Shown: one piece after another, positions 1-13,095 of the stretch
How the letters are laid out: each line of letters begins with the position of its first letter
Numbering within the stretch: position 1 is the stretch's first letter
DNA from: Octopus sinensis
Lineage: Eukaryota
Direction of reading: 5' to 3'
DNA length: 64,000 bases
Assembly: GCF_006345805.1 (NCBI RefSeq)
Contig: NC_043007.1
Location: 55,180,001-55,244,000, forward strand
The notes under the pieces: generated by a model
Told to the model about the DNA's origin: nothing
What the model saw: only the letters and a program-made list of their open reading frames with translations
Database searches by the model: none
Translations under genes and position numbers: made by a program

Positions 1-110
1 CACACAAAACCACATATATAAATGTACTTCCGTACACATAAACACACATGAACATCTGCCCGCATATATAGACGCATATGCCTATATACAGACATTTGTG
101 CATATAAGCA

Positions 111-200
111 TACATACGCATATATACGCATCCATACGCATATATACGCATCCATACGCATATATACGCATCCATACGCATATATACGCATCCATACGCC
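111..200. repeat. 20-bp minisatellite (CATATATACGCATCCATACG), about 4 units, at the start of a ~1.5 kb TA/CA-rich low-complexity tract (1-1500)
   Basis: Units read directly in lines 121-181; the surrounding sequence is degenerate (TA)n/(CA)n/(TACA)n. Confidence 0.85.
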
Positions 201-432
201 TTTAAGTACATATTAGCACACATGCACGCATACACGTGTACATAAAAGCATACCTACATATATCTACCTACACACATACATATACATACATGCACGTATA
301 TACACATACGTACACGTACCTACAAATTCATATCTACACGCATACACATACATACATCTACACACACACAGAAGACTAGTCCATATATATACACATATAT
401 ATATATATATACACACATATATATACATATAC

Positions 433-497
<65 letters not shown>

Positions 498-790
498 CAC
501 GCACGCATATACCTACATATACATACACATATATACTTACACCAGTCATATACATACCTACATACACATACATCCATATATCTATACATATACATACACA
601 TATATATACACATGCACATACTAATACACATACGCATATCTACGCACATACACGCACACACATCTATCTACATATATGAAATGAAACCCAACAAGTCCAT
701 ACATATACACACATGCACATACATACATACATATACACATATATACCCATACATATATACACATATATACACATACACATATATACACAC

Positions 791-845
<55 letters not shown>

Positions 846-956
846 CATATACATACACACACATCTACATACACATACATATACATCCGTACGCACACCC
901 ATATACATACATACATCCACACAGAGGTATACAGGCATATACACACATATATACAT

Positions 957-999
<43 letters not shown>

Positions 1000-1499
1000 C
1001 ACGAACGCACACAAATACACATATATACACATATATACACCAACACACATACGCATACATAAATGTATACATATGTATATACATATGCATACACATACAC
1101 ACACACACGCACATCTATATATACATAAATACATACATGCATACAAACATATACATATATACATACATGCATACTCAAATAATAAATAATAAATATATAT
1201 ACGTGCAATTACCCATCATACAGACGGATACATACATATAAACATACACATGTATACCTATTTACACATATGTATATATATATATACCTACAAACATACA
1301 CATACACATAAATCTACATACCTACATATACATAAACACACAAGCGTACATATATATATATCCACATACATATATATACACATATATATACATATACATA
1401 TATATACACGCATGTAAATACACGCACACACATACATACGTATATTCATACCTTCACCCATACATATCTATACATATATACATGTGTACACATACAATG

Positions 1500-2536
1500 T
1501 GAATTGTCTTAGGAGAGAAGGTAATTGGGGGTGCTGAGGGAACGGTGGGGGCGGGGGGTTTGTGGGTGGGGTGTCATCAATCGGGTTGCCGGGTGGGTCT
1601 GTAGTTTTTGTAGTTTGCATAAATCTTGTGCATACAATTTGAGGAGTGTTCCGAGATCTTGTTGAGGAGAGGGCCTTTGGCGAACAAGATCTCCAGGCTC
1701 TCAGAAATGCAAAGGTCACAGCAGGTATGGCCTCCTGTGTACGAACGCGCCCTCTGTAGTAGTCTCCACTTGATCTTGAAGGGGATGGAGTTCGATGTGG
1801 GCGGCGAGAGTAGTTTGGTTAGATTTGTCAGGTCGCCGGAACGAATGTGTGTGGGCGTACCAACGAGTCTTAAAGCTGTTTGACGTCATTCCGATGTACG
1901 ATTTTCTTTTATCATCGGGGCCTGATCGTACCTCGCATGTGTAGACGAGGTCCTTCTGTAGGCAGTTGTTGCTGAGGGGGCAAGTGGTTTTATCAGGGCA
2001 GTTGCAATTGCTTTTGGATGTTGGATGGGCCCCGGAAAAAGTAAATTTATTAAGTTTTTTCACGTTATTGTTGGCTAGGTTCCTGGCTAGATTGGGCGTG
2101 GTGGAGTAGGAGAGTCTAATGGTGTTCTTATTTAGGATTGTATAGTACTTATGTTGGGTGGGGAAGTGTTTTTGTAGGAGAGTGAAGAAAATTTTAGCTA
2201 CAGGTGTGGAGACCTCACGGTTGAAGGGGGGGTTGTACCAGCTAATATGTCTTCGCCTATTTTTCCTGGGTTGGCGTGGGGCTATGCTAATGTAGGTGAT
2301 CTTATCTTTAAAGCTACTGCGGGCCATGGCCTCGTTGTAATAGGAGGCTGCGGCATTAAAGATATCTTCAGTAGCGGACAGGCTAGATATTCTAATTGAG
2401 ACACTTTTCACTAGGTTGTCTAATATATTTTTGGGGTGGTTAGAATTAATGTCTATATATCTAAGGGATTCATTTGGTTTATGGTACGGGTAATAAAGTG
2501 AGGTTTTTAAGTCGAGGGTAACGTTAAGGAAGTTAG

Positions 2537-2540
<4 letters not shown>
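1500..2540 (-). mobile_element. 5'-truncated Penelope-like element (Penelope/Poseidon type): RT C-terminus plus GIY-YIG endonuclease
   Basis: The minus frame from 2540 reads KANFLNVTLDL...YHKPNESLRYIDINSNHPKNI. ORF 1716-2411 has WYNPPFN, the Cys linker CNCPDKTTCPLSNNC, and LVYTCEV...SYIGMTSNSFKTRWYAH (GIY-YIG). Truncated against (TA)n. Confidence 0.9.
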
Positions 2541-2571
<31 letters not shown>

Positions 2572-2662
2572 CAAAGCGGTGTTCCAGCATGTCGAATGTT
2601 CCGCAAATGACTGAAACAAATAAAAGAATAAAAGGATTAAATAATACACACACACACATATA

Positions 2663-3218
2663 TCAGATCATCCCATAAGTAATGTCCGGACTTCTATATT
2701 TTCAATTTGGAAACGCTTTGACATTATTTTAGAATGTCTAATGCTATCAAGTAATATTTATATTTATTTGGACATATTAAAAATAATTAAATTTTATTTT
2801 GCAGGATAATCTGATTGAAATTTCACTAATTATAGCTCTACAAACTTGTAAGTGTCTAAGGAGTATTTGAGGCGCTTTATGAGTTTAAAAATGGGAACTC
2901 TGCAACTGAAGCGAATCGGATTATTCACTCAGCTTATGACGAAGAGTGTCTGAAAGAAAGAACTTGGAGAAGTTTACAGAATCATTTGGATGGATTAACT
3001 CTCGAAACAACCGAGGAAATCGAAACTGACCTTTCAGAGTTCTTCTCTTTGAAACCGAAAGAGTTTTTCACTAATGTGATTAAAAACCTTACGAGTAAAT
3101 GAGAAGATATTATAAATAGTCATGGAAATTATATTGACGATTAAATTTCATTAAAATGCAAGATTTGAACACTTGTTTTACTTATTTAAAATCGGACATT
3201 ACTTATGGGATGACCTGA
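2663..3218 (+). mobile_element. Internally deleted mariner (Tc1/mariner) transposon
   Basis: 26-bp TIRs TCAG(A/G)TCATCCCATAAGTAATGTCCG at 2663-2688 and 3193-3218, with TA on both sides. The interior encodes an N-terminal HTH piece (LYEFKNGNSATEANRIIHSAYDEECLKERT) fused to the transposase C-terminus (RSLQNHLDGLTLE...EFFSLKPKEFF...INSHGNYIDD*). The catalytic core is missing. Confidence 0.92.
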
Positions 3219-3225
3219 TATATAT

Positions 3226-3648
3226 ACTTTACTTTTACTTACTTTTTACTTTTTACTTGTTTCAGGTATGTGACTGTGGCCCTGCGGGAGCACCGCCTTT
3301 AGTCGAGCAAATCGACCCCAGGACTTATTCTTTGTAAGCCTAGTACTTATTCTATCGTTTTTTTGCCGAACCGCTAAGTTACGGGGACGTAAACACACCA
3401 GCATCGGTTGTCAAGCGATGTTGGGGGGACAAACGCAGACACACGAACATATACACACACATACATATATATATATACATATATACGACGGGCTTCTTTC
3501 AGTTTCCGTTTACCAAATCCACTCACAAGGCTTTGGTCGGCCCGAGGCTATAGTAGAAGACACTTGCCCAAGGTGCCACGCAGTGGGACTGAACCCGGAA
3601 CCGTGTGGTTGGTAAACAAGCTACTTACCACACGGCCACTCTTACGCC
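3226..3648 (-). mobile_element. Full-length tRNA-derived SINE
   Basis: Minus-strand head GGCGTAAGAGTGGCCGTGTGG (A box)...GGTTCAGTCCC (B box), an internal CA/TA tract and an (AGTAAA)n tail. Related plus-strand fragments lie at about 2570-2640 and 17160-17335. Confidence 0.88.
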
Positions 3649-3703
3649 TATAGTTATATATATATATGTTATTGTTTTTTTCTTGCTTGTTCTTGTCTGA
3701 ATT

Positions 3704-3789
<86 letters not shown>

Positions 3790-3795
<6 letters not shown>

Positions 3796-4074
3796 AACAC
3801 GAGGATGTGGAACAAGTACTCTATTATTGGACGCTTGGGAAAAGAAAGAAAAGAAAGAGGATTTCATGTTTCGAGTGGAGCTCTTCATCAGAAATATAGA
3901 AAAAGTTCAAAGGAGGGAAGACGGAGAAAGAAAGTCGCCAACGATACACACGCGGTCACAAATTGAAATGACCGGAAGGGAATGAGTGAAGAAAAAGTTC
4001 TTTCTAAAACTCTAAAACAGGAGAGTGCAAGAGAAGGAGGTATGTGTGAGTATGTGTGGGTATGTGCGTGCGCG

Positions 4075-4132
<58 letters not shown>

Positions 4133-6542
4133 GATAGCACGTGTATGTGTGTGTGATTGCGGCAGTTTATGTATATGTGTGGTTGCATTTAGTATCGCTT
4201 AAGGTCGTAGGAAGAATTTATAGTAAGAATTTTGGTAGGAGTGGCTGTCTGTTGTGTGTCTTCCTATACACGTGCGTAAGAGAATGGTAAGTAGAAAGTT
4301 GTTTATCTGGTAGTTTGAAGTATGTGTGTGTGCGTGTATTTATATGTTGTGTGTGTGTATGTGTTTTGTGTGCAGGGTGTGTCTGTGTGTGTGTGTATGT
4401 GTGAGTATGTGTGTATGCGTGAGGTTGTGTGTAATTGTCTGCGTGTCTGTATGAGAGTATGTTGTGTGTGTGGGAGGTATGTGTTCATACATATGCGAGT
4501 GTGCGTATGTGTGTGTATGTACGTGTGTATATGTGTGTGTGCGTGTGTGTGTGTATGTGTGTGTCTGCATGTGTGTATGTTCGTGCGTGTGTATATGTGT
4601 GTGTGAACGGGGAGATGTGTGTTGAGTTATGTGTGCGTTTTGTTGCGTGTATGCGCGTGTTTGTGTATGTATGTGTATATGGTTCTGTGTAAGTGTGTAC
4701 GTTTATGTGTGCGTGTATGTGTATACAGGTGTGCGTGTCTGTGTGTTCGTGGGGTTGTGTGGTATCGGTGCAATCTTGTGCGTGTGTATGTGTGTGTGTT
4801 TGTGTACGTTTGTGTGCGCGTGGGTATATGTGTGTGTGTATGTATGCGTGTGTGAGTGCGTGTGTGTGTGTCCGCGCGTATGCGCGTGTGTGCGTGTGTA
4901 AGTGCGTGTGCGTATGTGTATGGAAGTATGTGTGTGTCTATGTACATGTATGTGTGTGGTGTGTGTGGGAGGTATATGTACGTTCATGTGTGTGCACGGG
5001 TGCGTGTATTTTTCGTGTGTGTGTATATGTACGTGTGTGTGTTATGTGTGCGTGGTGCAGAGCGAGGCCAAAGACTGAAATCTCAGAGGGGAATGGTTGA
5101 CCAAGCGGAAGTGACAGACGACTGGGATGTTCGAACGTAGCCTAATATCCCTTAGATGTTCGGTGAACCGGTCGGCCAGTCGACGGCCCGTCTGACCTGC
5201 ATATAGTCTACCACAGAGGTTGCATCTAATACAGTATATGAGGCTAGAAGAGGTGCAAGAGAAGGAATTTGTGATGCGAAGAGTGTACTGATTGGAACCC
5301 GTGAGAGAGGTAGTGTTGATGATGAAGGGGCAGGTGTGGCAGCGGGATCTGAAGCACGGGAAGGATCCAGGGGGCGGGAGAGAAGGTGCTACGGACCAGA
5401 AGATCGCTTAGGTTCCAGGTGCGTTTAAAGGAGGACAAGGGTGGGTTGGGGAAAATGGAGCGGGTGGTGGGATCGAGGTGGAGACGACGGAAGGCCCGTT
5501 GGATCCTCCGACAAAGGGATAGGGTGGAGGGGTGGAAAAGGAGGGTAAAGAGGGTGCGGTTAGGGGGTTGGTGTGTGGAAGGAGAGATGGTGCGATCGAT
5601 TCGACGAGTTCTGGCAAGGGCAGTTTGGATAAGGGTTGAGGGGTATCCTCGATGCATGAACAGGCGGGTATGGTACTGGCACTGAGTCTCAAAATCCTGG
5701 TCCCGGCTGCACAAACGTCGGTGGCGGAGGAACTGGGAGTAGGGGATGGCCCGTTTGGTGTGGAAGGGATGGGAAGAGGAGAAGTTGAGGTAGAGGTGGG
5801 AATCTGGGGATTTGAAGAAGGCGGAGGTGGTGAGAGAGTGGGCAGGCAGAGGTGGTGAGAGAGTAGGTTTGAAGAAGGCGGAGGTGGTAAGAGAGATATC
5901 AAGGAAGTGAACCGAGGTGTTAGAGATAGTAGAAGTGAATTGGAGAGAAGGGTGGAAGTTAGAGAGGAAAGAGATGAAGTGGCAGAATTGTTCACGGGAG
6001 AGGGAGGTGGCACATATACAGTCGTCTATGTTGCGACCGTATAGTTCTGGGGTTGGCCCGGAGAATTGGGAGCATGCTTGGGCCTCAATGTGACCAACAA
6101 ATAGGTTGGCGAAATTGGGGCCCATTCTCGTTCCCTTCGCGACCCCAGACATTGTTGGTAGGTTTACCCGGCGAACGTAAAGTAGTTGAGGGTGAGGACG
6201 AGTTTTGCCAGGCGAAGAAGGGTGGAGTGGTGAGTGTGGGGTCAGGGCGACGGTCGAGGACGTATTGGAGTGCTAAGAGACCGTCGTTGTGGGGGAATTA
6301 CCGTGTATAAGGATTTGATATCCAAGGTGAAGAGGAGGTGTGAGGGGACGAAAAGGGAGAGAAGGAAAAGGAATTGAAGAAGCGAAGAGCGTGATTAGTG
6401 TCGTATATGTGGGATGGAAGGGCAGCAACTAAAGGGGACAGGATACGGTCAAGGTATTTGGAAATGAGTTCGGTGGGGCAATTATAGGCAGAAACAATAG
6501 TAGGGCGGTCAGGGTTATTGGGTTTATGTATTTTGGGAAGGA
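3790..6542 (-). mobile_element. Penelope-like element (Neptune-like), 5'-truncated and frameshifted: RT, GIY-YIG, ~1 kb CA-rich 3' region, hammerhead-bearing terminus
   Basis: FLPKIHKPNNPDRP at about 6540; GVAKGTRMGPNFANLFVG; the catalytic motif is mutated to RNIDDC; KRAIPYSQFLR; LIYCIRCNLCGRLYAGQTGRRLADRFTEHLRDI at about 5150-5245. Both ends abut (TA)n. Confidence 0.9.
3861..3891 (-). ncRNA. Minimal hammerhead ribozyme motif in a Penelope terminus (degenerate stem III)
   Basis: The minus strand reads CTGATGA-A-GAG-ctcca-CTC-GAAAC-ATG. Confidence 0.6.
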
Positions 6543-6554
6543 ATATATATATAT

Positions 6555-6735
6555 ATCACCGTGATTACCGTGACCGACCAGGCTATCAGATGTTGCAACA
6601 CATCGCTGGTCACAATGCGCTTCGCATTGTTTTAACCTTCATATGACGCCATCCCGCCGACTAAGCGAGCAGGCCAAAGAGAAAGTTGTGGCGAAAGAGT
6701 ACAGCGGGGATCGCCACCACCCCATGCGGAGTTGT
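6555..6735 (-). mobile_element. Probable 3' fragment of another SINE family
   Basis: GC-richer segment ending in a short (ACGGTGA/ACGGTAA) repeat at a TA tract. The assignment rests on recalled resemblance only; no tRNA head is present. Confidence 0.4.
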
Positions 6736-7279
6736 AAGGTACCGCACGAGTGGAATTATACATGAAAGAAGGTTTGAAAATGCAATTTTAAAAGATGTTT
6801 ATTTACTTTACCGGTCAAAAGTAACATGTAAAAGTTTGGTTGTGTTAATTATTGGTTGTCACAAAATACAACAATACATATATACATTCTTTGGTTACAA
6901 GAACATGTTAAGAACATAAAAAGTTTTACAAGTTCATTAAAAATATTGGGCACAAAAGATTACAACATATATATACATTCTCAAGAAAATGTTAAAGATA
7001 GTTTCCAGAAGGAATTATCAAAAAGTTCAGTGAAATATTGGTATTGTATCTGTATATACATACACACACAGAGTATCATAAGTTCAAAAAAGTTTACATT
7101 ATAGTAGTAGGGTAGCTTAAACTGACCTGGTCCACCATGTTATCGTAAAAGACTATTTTCTTTTTCAAGGGACACTGTAGGTGTGTTTGGGTGGGGGGGA
7201 GGGAAGAGTAATGTGGAACTGAAAAGAATTTCTTTTTGTCTCTCCTTCAAGCATCAATGATTTGGGGGATTGGTCTTTA

Positions 7280-7910
7280 GAGGTCAGAATGGTGCGAGTG
7301 TGTGTGTCTTTGTATGTGTGCATATACATATGTGGTGTGAATAGATGTGTCTGTATGTGTTTGTAAAATTTGGTAGGATGGTGTGTGTATATGTGTGCCC
7401 GTTTGCCAACCATGTGTGTGATTGTCTTGGTGTTGTGTGTGTGTGTGTATGTATGTGCGTGATTGGTATTTGTCATGGTGCTGTGTGTGTGTGTGCATGT
7501 GTGTGTGTCTTATGGAGGTCAGAATGGTGTGAGTGTGTGTGTGTCTGTGTGTGTATATATATACATGTGTTTGTGTGTGGGGGCCGTTTTTGATTGGTCC
7601 CAGGGTCCATTGTTGTGTAAATAGATGTGTGTTTTTAAAATTTGGTAGGATGGTGTGTGTATATGTGTGCCCGTTTGTGTATGTATGTATGTATGTGTGT
7701 GTGGTTAATGTTTGTTAGTGTGTTGCGGGTGCTCTAGTGTATGTATGTGTTTGTTCGTATGTGTGTTCATGTATGTTGGGTGTATCTGTGTGGCGTGTGT
7801 GTGTGTATGTGTGTATGCGTTTTGTGTGTGTTGGTATTGAGTATGTTTGTGTGTGTGCGTATATATGGTACGAGTGTGTGTGTCTTTGTGTGTGTGTATA
7901 TACATATACA

Positions 7911-7951
<41 letters not shown>

Positions 7952-8163
7952 GCGTGATTGGCATTTGTCATGGTGCTGTGGGTGCGCATGTGTGTGTATA
8001 TGTGCGTCTGTATGGGGGTCAAAATGGTGTGAGTGTGTGTGTCTTTGTGTGTGTGTGTATATATATATACATGTGTTTGTGTGTGTGGGCCGTTTTTGAT
8101 TGGTCCCAGGATCCATTGTGGTGTAAATAGATGTATGTTTTTAAAATTTGGTAGGATGGTGTG
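7280..8163 (-). repeat. Three imperfect ~250-500 bp CA/GT-rich tandem units, probably a Penelope 3' region in inverted orientation
   Basis: AAAATTTGGTAGGATGGTGTG recurs at about 7365, 7637 and 8143; GGTCA(G/A)AATGGTG at about 7282, 7517 and 8017. Confidence 0.7.
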
Positions 8164-9054
8164 AGCCTTACCCTCAGAGAAAGGATGACAATTCATCGCC
8201 AACAACGGAGGGACCCCACCACAAGACTGATACCACTTAGTGGACACTTAGACCTCTGTGCACACAATAAGTCCCCCAAATTCTTAGTTTCCCGACTATA
8301 CCAATGCCCGAACAACACCACAGACCAAACACGAATAAATAGAGAAAATAATCTTATTTAAAAATACAGACCACAACTAAACATACTCTAACATACCCCC
8401 CGGGCACACATCCAAAACAAACACGCACAGAAATACATACAGATATACAAAATCACACACACATAAAAACAATGCCAACCTCCGACGCAAATACACTTGC
8501 ACAAACACAATATCCTCCCACTAGAACACAAACCCTCACAAATCCCAGGAAAAAACACATACATAGATACACTTGCAATAAGATTTTAGCATCCATAACC
8601 AACACCTTCACACATATATACACATGTGAACACGGACATGCACACACCTAGACACACCACCCCGAAATTACAAACCACATACACACAAACAAACCACACA
8701 CACACACATACAGATACATAAACACGCAACTACATCACAACCCACACAAACACACACGCATTTACGCACACCTGTACACACATGCACACAATACACTCGA
8801 AACCCAGTAATAATATCACACACACACACTCACATTCAAAAGGAAAAAAACAAACATACACGCACATTACAACCACAACCAAACATAACAAATCACTCAC
8901 AAATGCAACACACACATGCACACAAACACACATCCGGAAACTACAGAACTACATAAACAATACCCACACATATACACACACACACAAACACATACTCAAT
9001 ACCAACACACACAATACGCAAATGCATGCCAGTTCACCGCCAGTGGTACCCGTC

Positions 9055-9055
<1 letters not shown>
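8161..9055 (+). mobile_element. Penelope-like 3' fragment: GIY-YIG C-terminal half plus CA-rich 3' region
   Basis: LTLRERMTIHRQQ...LIPLSGHLDLC...TRINRENNLI*KYRPQLN, matching the GIY-YIG R..H, R..E and P.LN motifs. Confidence 0.75.
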
Positions 9056-9110
<55 letters not shown>

Positions 9111-9686
9111 GTATAAATATATATATATATCTTTATATATATAAAACTGAGAATGTGTGTGTGTGTCTGTCTGTCTGCCTGTCTGTCTGTCTGTGTTTCC
9201 CTAAAACTTGAGAACTACACAATCAATTTCATTCAAATTTTACACATGCCTTACTTAGAGTCCATGTAGTTTCATGGGAAAAAAATGTTCAACTTCTTGC
9301 CTAGAGCGAGCCCATAGCAATATCATATCTTCTCCACTATTTCAGTATTACGTGTTAAAAGTGAAACAAAAATATTTCTCTATTTTATGTCAGATGTTTT
9401 CACTTTAACAATAAAAATAATAATAACAATTGAATTATATGTAGTAAGTAATAATTAAAATCAAACTAAAGTATAATATAAGTAAAAACAGCAATTGGTA
9501 TAAAATTGCATCAATGATTTGAACTTGAATAAGTGGTTTCACATGAATGGGAATTAAATAAAAATAAAATCAGCGTGCAGAAATGGAATAGTCCAGATGG
9601 ATAATAAAAAAAAATAAATTAAAGAAAAACTATTGTCTATAAAGTATACAACGTAGACAAAAAAGAAGAGCTAACAATTGCAGTCT

Positions 9687-11535
9687 TCATTGCGTTGGTT
9701 AGTTGTTTTTTCTGTGAACAGTTAAATTGAAAAAATAGGTTGAATCGCGTGAGGCGCTTGCCGCCACGTGTTGGAACCTTGTTATAGAAGGTGCGTCGAC
9801 CCTCAAGTCATGGAGACTTGCGCGGGGGTCGCCGCTACGAGGAGTGATGAGCCTCTTATGGTGGGAGAGGTGTTCTTTGGAAAGGAGCAGTTGATGGATT
9901 GTGAAAGGTTCATCAGGGGGGAGGGTGGCAGCGTGGGGCTGGTCCCGCCTGCTGAAGCGATGGAGGAGAGGAATGGTAGGACTATCACGTGCAGGACGCG
10001 GGACAGAATTGCAGAGGAATTGGTGAGAGTAGTGATGGAGGAGATTGAGAAGTGTCTGGGGGACATTGTGAAAGGGGCAACGTGCGTGAGCGGAGGAAGG
10101 AAGTATGGTGCGGTGGACGTGAGATGCGCAACGGGGGAGGTTGCGGCCTCGTGGCTTCCACGGTTACTGAAGGCTGAAGGCTTCACCATGTGGCTAACAT
10201 GTGAGGGACGAGGGGGGGTTCAGGTAGAGATGCCAGGGGTGCCCCCAGAAATAGAAACGGAAATGCTGGTAACAGCTATCCTGGGGTCGGCAAGGGATGA
10301 AATGGAAATGGGCTCGATCAGGGAGACCAGTGTTGTGAACTGGAGGGGATTCGGAGTGGAGATGTGGCTGATGGCCACAGAGGAAGACATGGAAGGGTTT
10401 CCCTTCCAAATTGAACTTGAAAGTGAGGGAACAATGAGCGTAGTTGTGGAGGGGAGAAGGCCGAACTGCTACTTGTGTGGGTCAGGAGGACACATAAGAG
10501 GGGAGTGTCCGCTATATGAATTCACAGCGGAAGGGGAAATGGAGCAGGGAGAGACACAGGGTGGAGAGAACAAAGAAGAGAAGGAAAAAGAACACGAAGT
10601 AAAGAACAGCGAAAGCAAGGAAAAGGATATAACGGTGAAACAACAAGAGAAAGGAAATAACAACACACTGAAGGAAAATGAAATCAAAGGGAAGAAATTA
10701 ATGGAAGAGGAACAGAGTTCACAGGGTAGAGAAGTAATAGAGAAAGAACCAAAACAGAATCAAGAGAAGGAGAGGGAGGGTACACTGGAAGAAAAGAGAG
10801 AAAACAGGGAAAGAACAAGAGAAGGAACAGAAGCAAGAGAAAGGAAAAGATGGTGCACGAAAAGAAAAAGAAACAACAGGAAAAGAACATAAGGCACAGG
10901 GTAGAGAGACGACAGACAAAGAGCCAAAAAGACAAGATAAGGAAAAAGAAAGAAGAGAAAACAAAAAGAGAGAAAGAGAGAATCAAAGAGAGGAGAACAA
11001 GGAAGAAATAAGCCCGAAAAGGAAGATGAAGGAAAACGCAGGATGGAAACAAGATTACTATTACTATAAGTTAGTAACCTACCATTTCTGCCCTGAAATG
11101 AGTGAATTAACAAGTAAAACGGAGGGACATATATGGGTCAACAGGATGACCGACCGGTGGGAGGAGACTGCTCTAATCCCCGAGGAAGGTGCCGCTGAGT
11201 TCTTCAGAGCTGCCGGAGAGAGTGTAATATTTTACACGAAGGTTCGAGTGAGAGAGCGGCTACCTGAGGACTCAGTGATGGACTTCAGAGAAGTGGAAAC
11301 AATTATAGAAGATGTATAGAATTGTGAGAGGAAAAAAAAAGAGAAAAAAGAAAATTTGGTGAAATATATGTGACGAATATGTAACCTCTTGATTCCGGGG
11401 ATCTTATTGTAAATATTCTTTCATATGTCATTATTATTTTTATTTTTCCCTTTTCTTGTCATTCGCTTTCTTATTTTAAGTTCCCCGATTGTATTATCCC
11501 CTTTATGTTCGCCCTTTGTGGGTAGTAATAAAATC
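9687..11535 (+). mobile_element. ORF1-only (HAL1-like) non-autonomous element related to the adjacent Tx1-like LINE
   Basis: Shares the 5' motif TCATTGCGT and the 3' tail TTGTATT.TCCCCT.TATGTT.GCCC.TTGTGGGTA.TAATAAAA with the neighbouring LINE. No endonuclease or RT sequence lies between the ORF1 end (11319) and the tail. Confidence 0.8.
9768..11319 (+). pseudogene. Gag-like ORF1p with a CCHC zinc knuckle and an E/K-rich region; one frameshift near 10860-10890
   Basis: CYLCGSGGHIRGEC knuckle. The blocks GRKYGAVDVR, VPPEIETEMLVTAILG and VVVEGRRPNC align with ORF1 of the next element. A second frame continues to the TAG at 11319. Confidence 0.8.
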
Positions 11536-11790
11536 ATTGCAGTCTTCATTGCGTAGTGAGTTATTATATTTTCCTCTGTTATATTCTACTGTGTTTTTGA
11601 AATACTGTTGACTTTGTCTGTATTGTCTGTTGTTGTACAATTATTGTAATCAGCCTTCTTGCGAGGGCTTCGTGTTGGTGTTCCCCCCTCCGTGGGGGAA
11701 AAACTATCATTATTGCTGCATTTGAGGCTTGCAAAACAAAAAACTTTTTGTCGCGGTTGTGCTAAAGGCTTGTTAAGCCAGTTTTCGGAG

Positions 11791-13087
11791 ATGGACTCCC
11801 CCATCTCCTATTCACCCGTGTCAAGTGATGCAGGATCACCGGCGGTGTCGCCGAGAATAGAAGAGACCCCAGCACCAGCTAGAAAATTTTCCGAAGTGGC
11901 CGGAAAGAAAGTTAAAAATATCGACACAGAAAACCTTCAGAAATACGCAGAATGTTTTAAAAAAGAGGGCACAGAAGTAACGGTGTTTACGAATGCCCCA
12001 AAACAAGAAGAAATTGAAAAAAAAAGAATCATATACAAAACATTTAATATTACAAGCAAGTCTATTCAAAAAATAGAAGAAAAAAAGATCGAAAATTACT
12101 TGAAACCGATTTGGAATAAGATCACTTACATTAATCGCGGGAAAAAGTACGGTACAGTGGAGGTGAGATTTGAAACAGAGGAAATAGCCAAAAAGCTATC
12201 TACGGAACCTATGAAAGCAGAGAATATTGTTCTCCTCCCCCTGCATAGAGGCAAAAGAACTTCAAGAATAACAATAAATAATATTCCGCCAGAAGCGGAC
12301 GCCACATGTCTGGTGGCAGCAGTTATGGTAGGCCTGGAGGATAAAATAAACATCCTCCGGGCCACAGTAGAAGAGGAGGAACATTGAAAAGGGCAGCGTA
12401 TCTCGATGGCCATACAGGCAGAGATACAAACCCTCGAAGATATACCGGAGACACTGAAAATCAGTGAGGACGAAAGAGTCGTGGTCTTTGTGGAGGGTAG
12501 AAAGCCGAGGTGCTTCGGCTGCAGAAAGAAAGGGCATGTGAGGGCAGAATGCCAACCCAAACCGCAGGAAGCAGCTCAGCCAGATAAAAAAACGGAAGAA
12601 GTGTCACCAGAATCAACGCCAGACAGCCCAGAAGGGACAACTGAAGGTGAGGAGGTGACGGAATCAGCGGCGGAAGTAACAAAAGAAACAAAAAGCGAGG
12701 AAACGAAAAATGAGGAGGGGTGGTCAAAAATCACTAGGAAAAAAAGAAAAACTGAAACCACCCCTCCGAAAGTAAGCCTAAAGAAAAAAAGAGAAACATT
12801 AAACTCATTTATGGCCATTAAGGCCTCAAATAATAGACTCATTGATGTGTTGGCAGCTATGGCCAAAGTAGAAAAAAAAAAAAAAAAAAAACGATTTCAT
12901 ATTGTACAGGATAGGCCGGAAGGATTACGGACGGATAAAGTCCGAATTTTTTCATGACGTGGGCCCTCTCAGAATGGATATATTATCACCATATATATTC
13001 GAGGGCCTGCGTCAGACTCCCCCACGAGGCCCAGAAAAAGAGGAAAAAAATGAAGAAGAGAAAGGAAAAGTCGAACCACTGATATAA
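11791..13087 (+). pseudogene. Tx1-like ORF1p (zinc knuckle)
   Basis: ATG at 11791; CFGCRKKGHVRAEC. The in-frame TGA at 12385 falls where the paralogue has Trp (EEEH*KG vs VVNWRG). Frameshift in the A-run at about 12871-12891; TAA at 13085. Confidence 0.85.
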
Positions 13088-13095
13088 GGTAAGTC

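Noticed and set aside
264-1241. Many 60-270 aa ORFs rich in YI, HT or CV dipeptides, here and throughout the window
   Set aside because: They are translations of stop-free (TA)n/(CA)n/(TG)n microsatellites, open in several frames on both strands.
3560-3648. tRNA-like A/B boxes (also about 60300-60392)
   Set aside because: These are SINE heads continuous with SINE bodies; there is no full cloverleaf.
7280-8163. Spaced direct repeats resembling a CRISPR array
   Set aside because: The context is eukaryotic, the long spacers are themselves homologous and low-complexity, and there are no cas genes.
9677-9695. ATTGCAGT resembles the 3' region of U2 snRNA, a known Tx1 (Keno) target gene
   Set aside because: Only 8 nt match, and the flanks are Helitron sequence, not snRNA.
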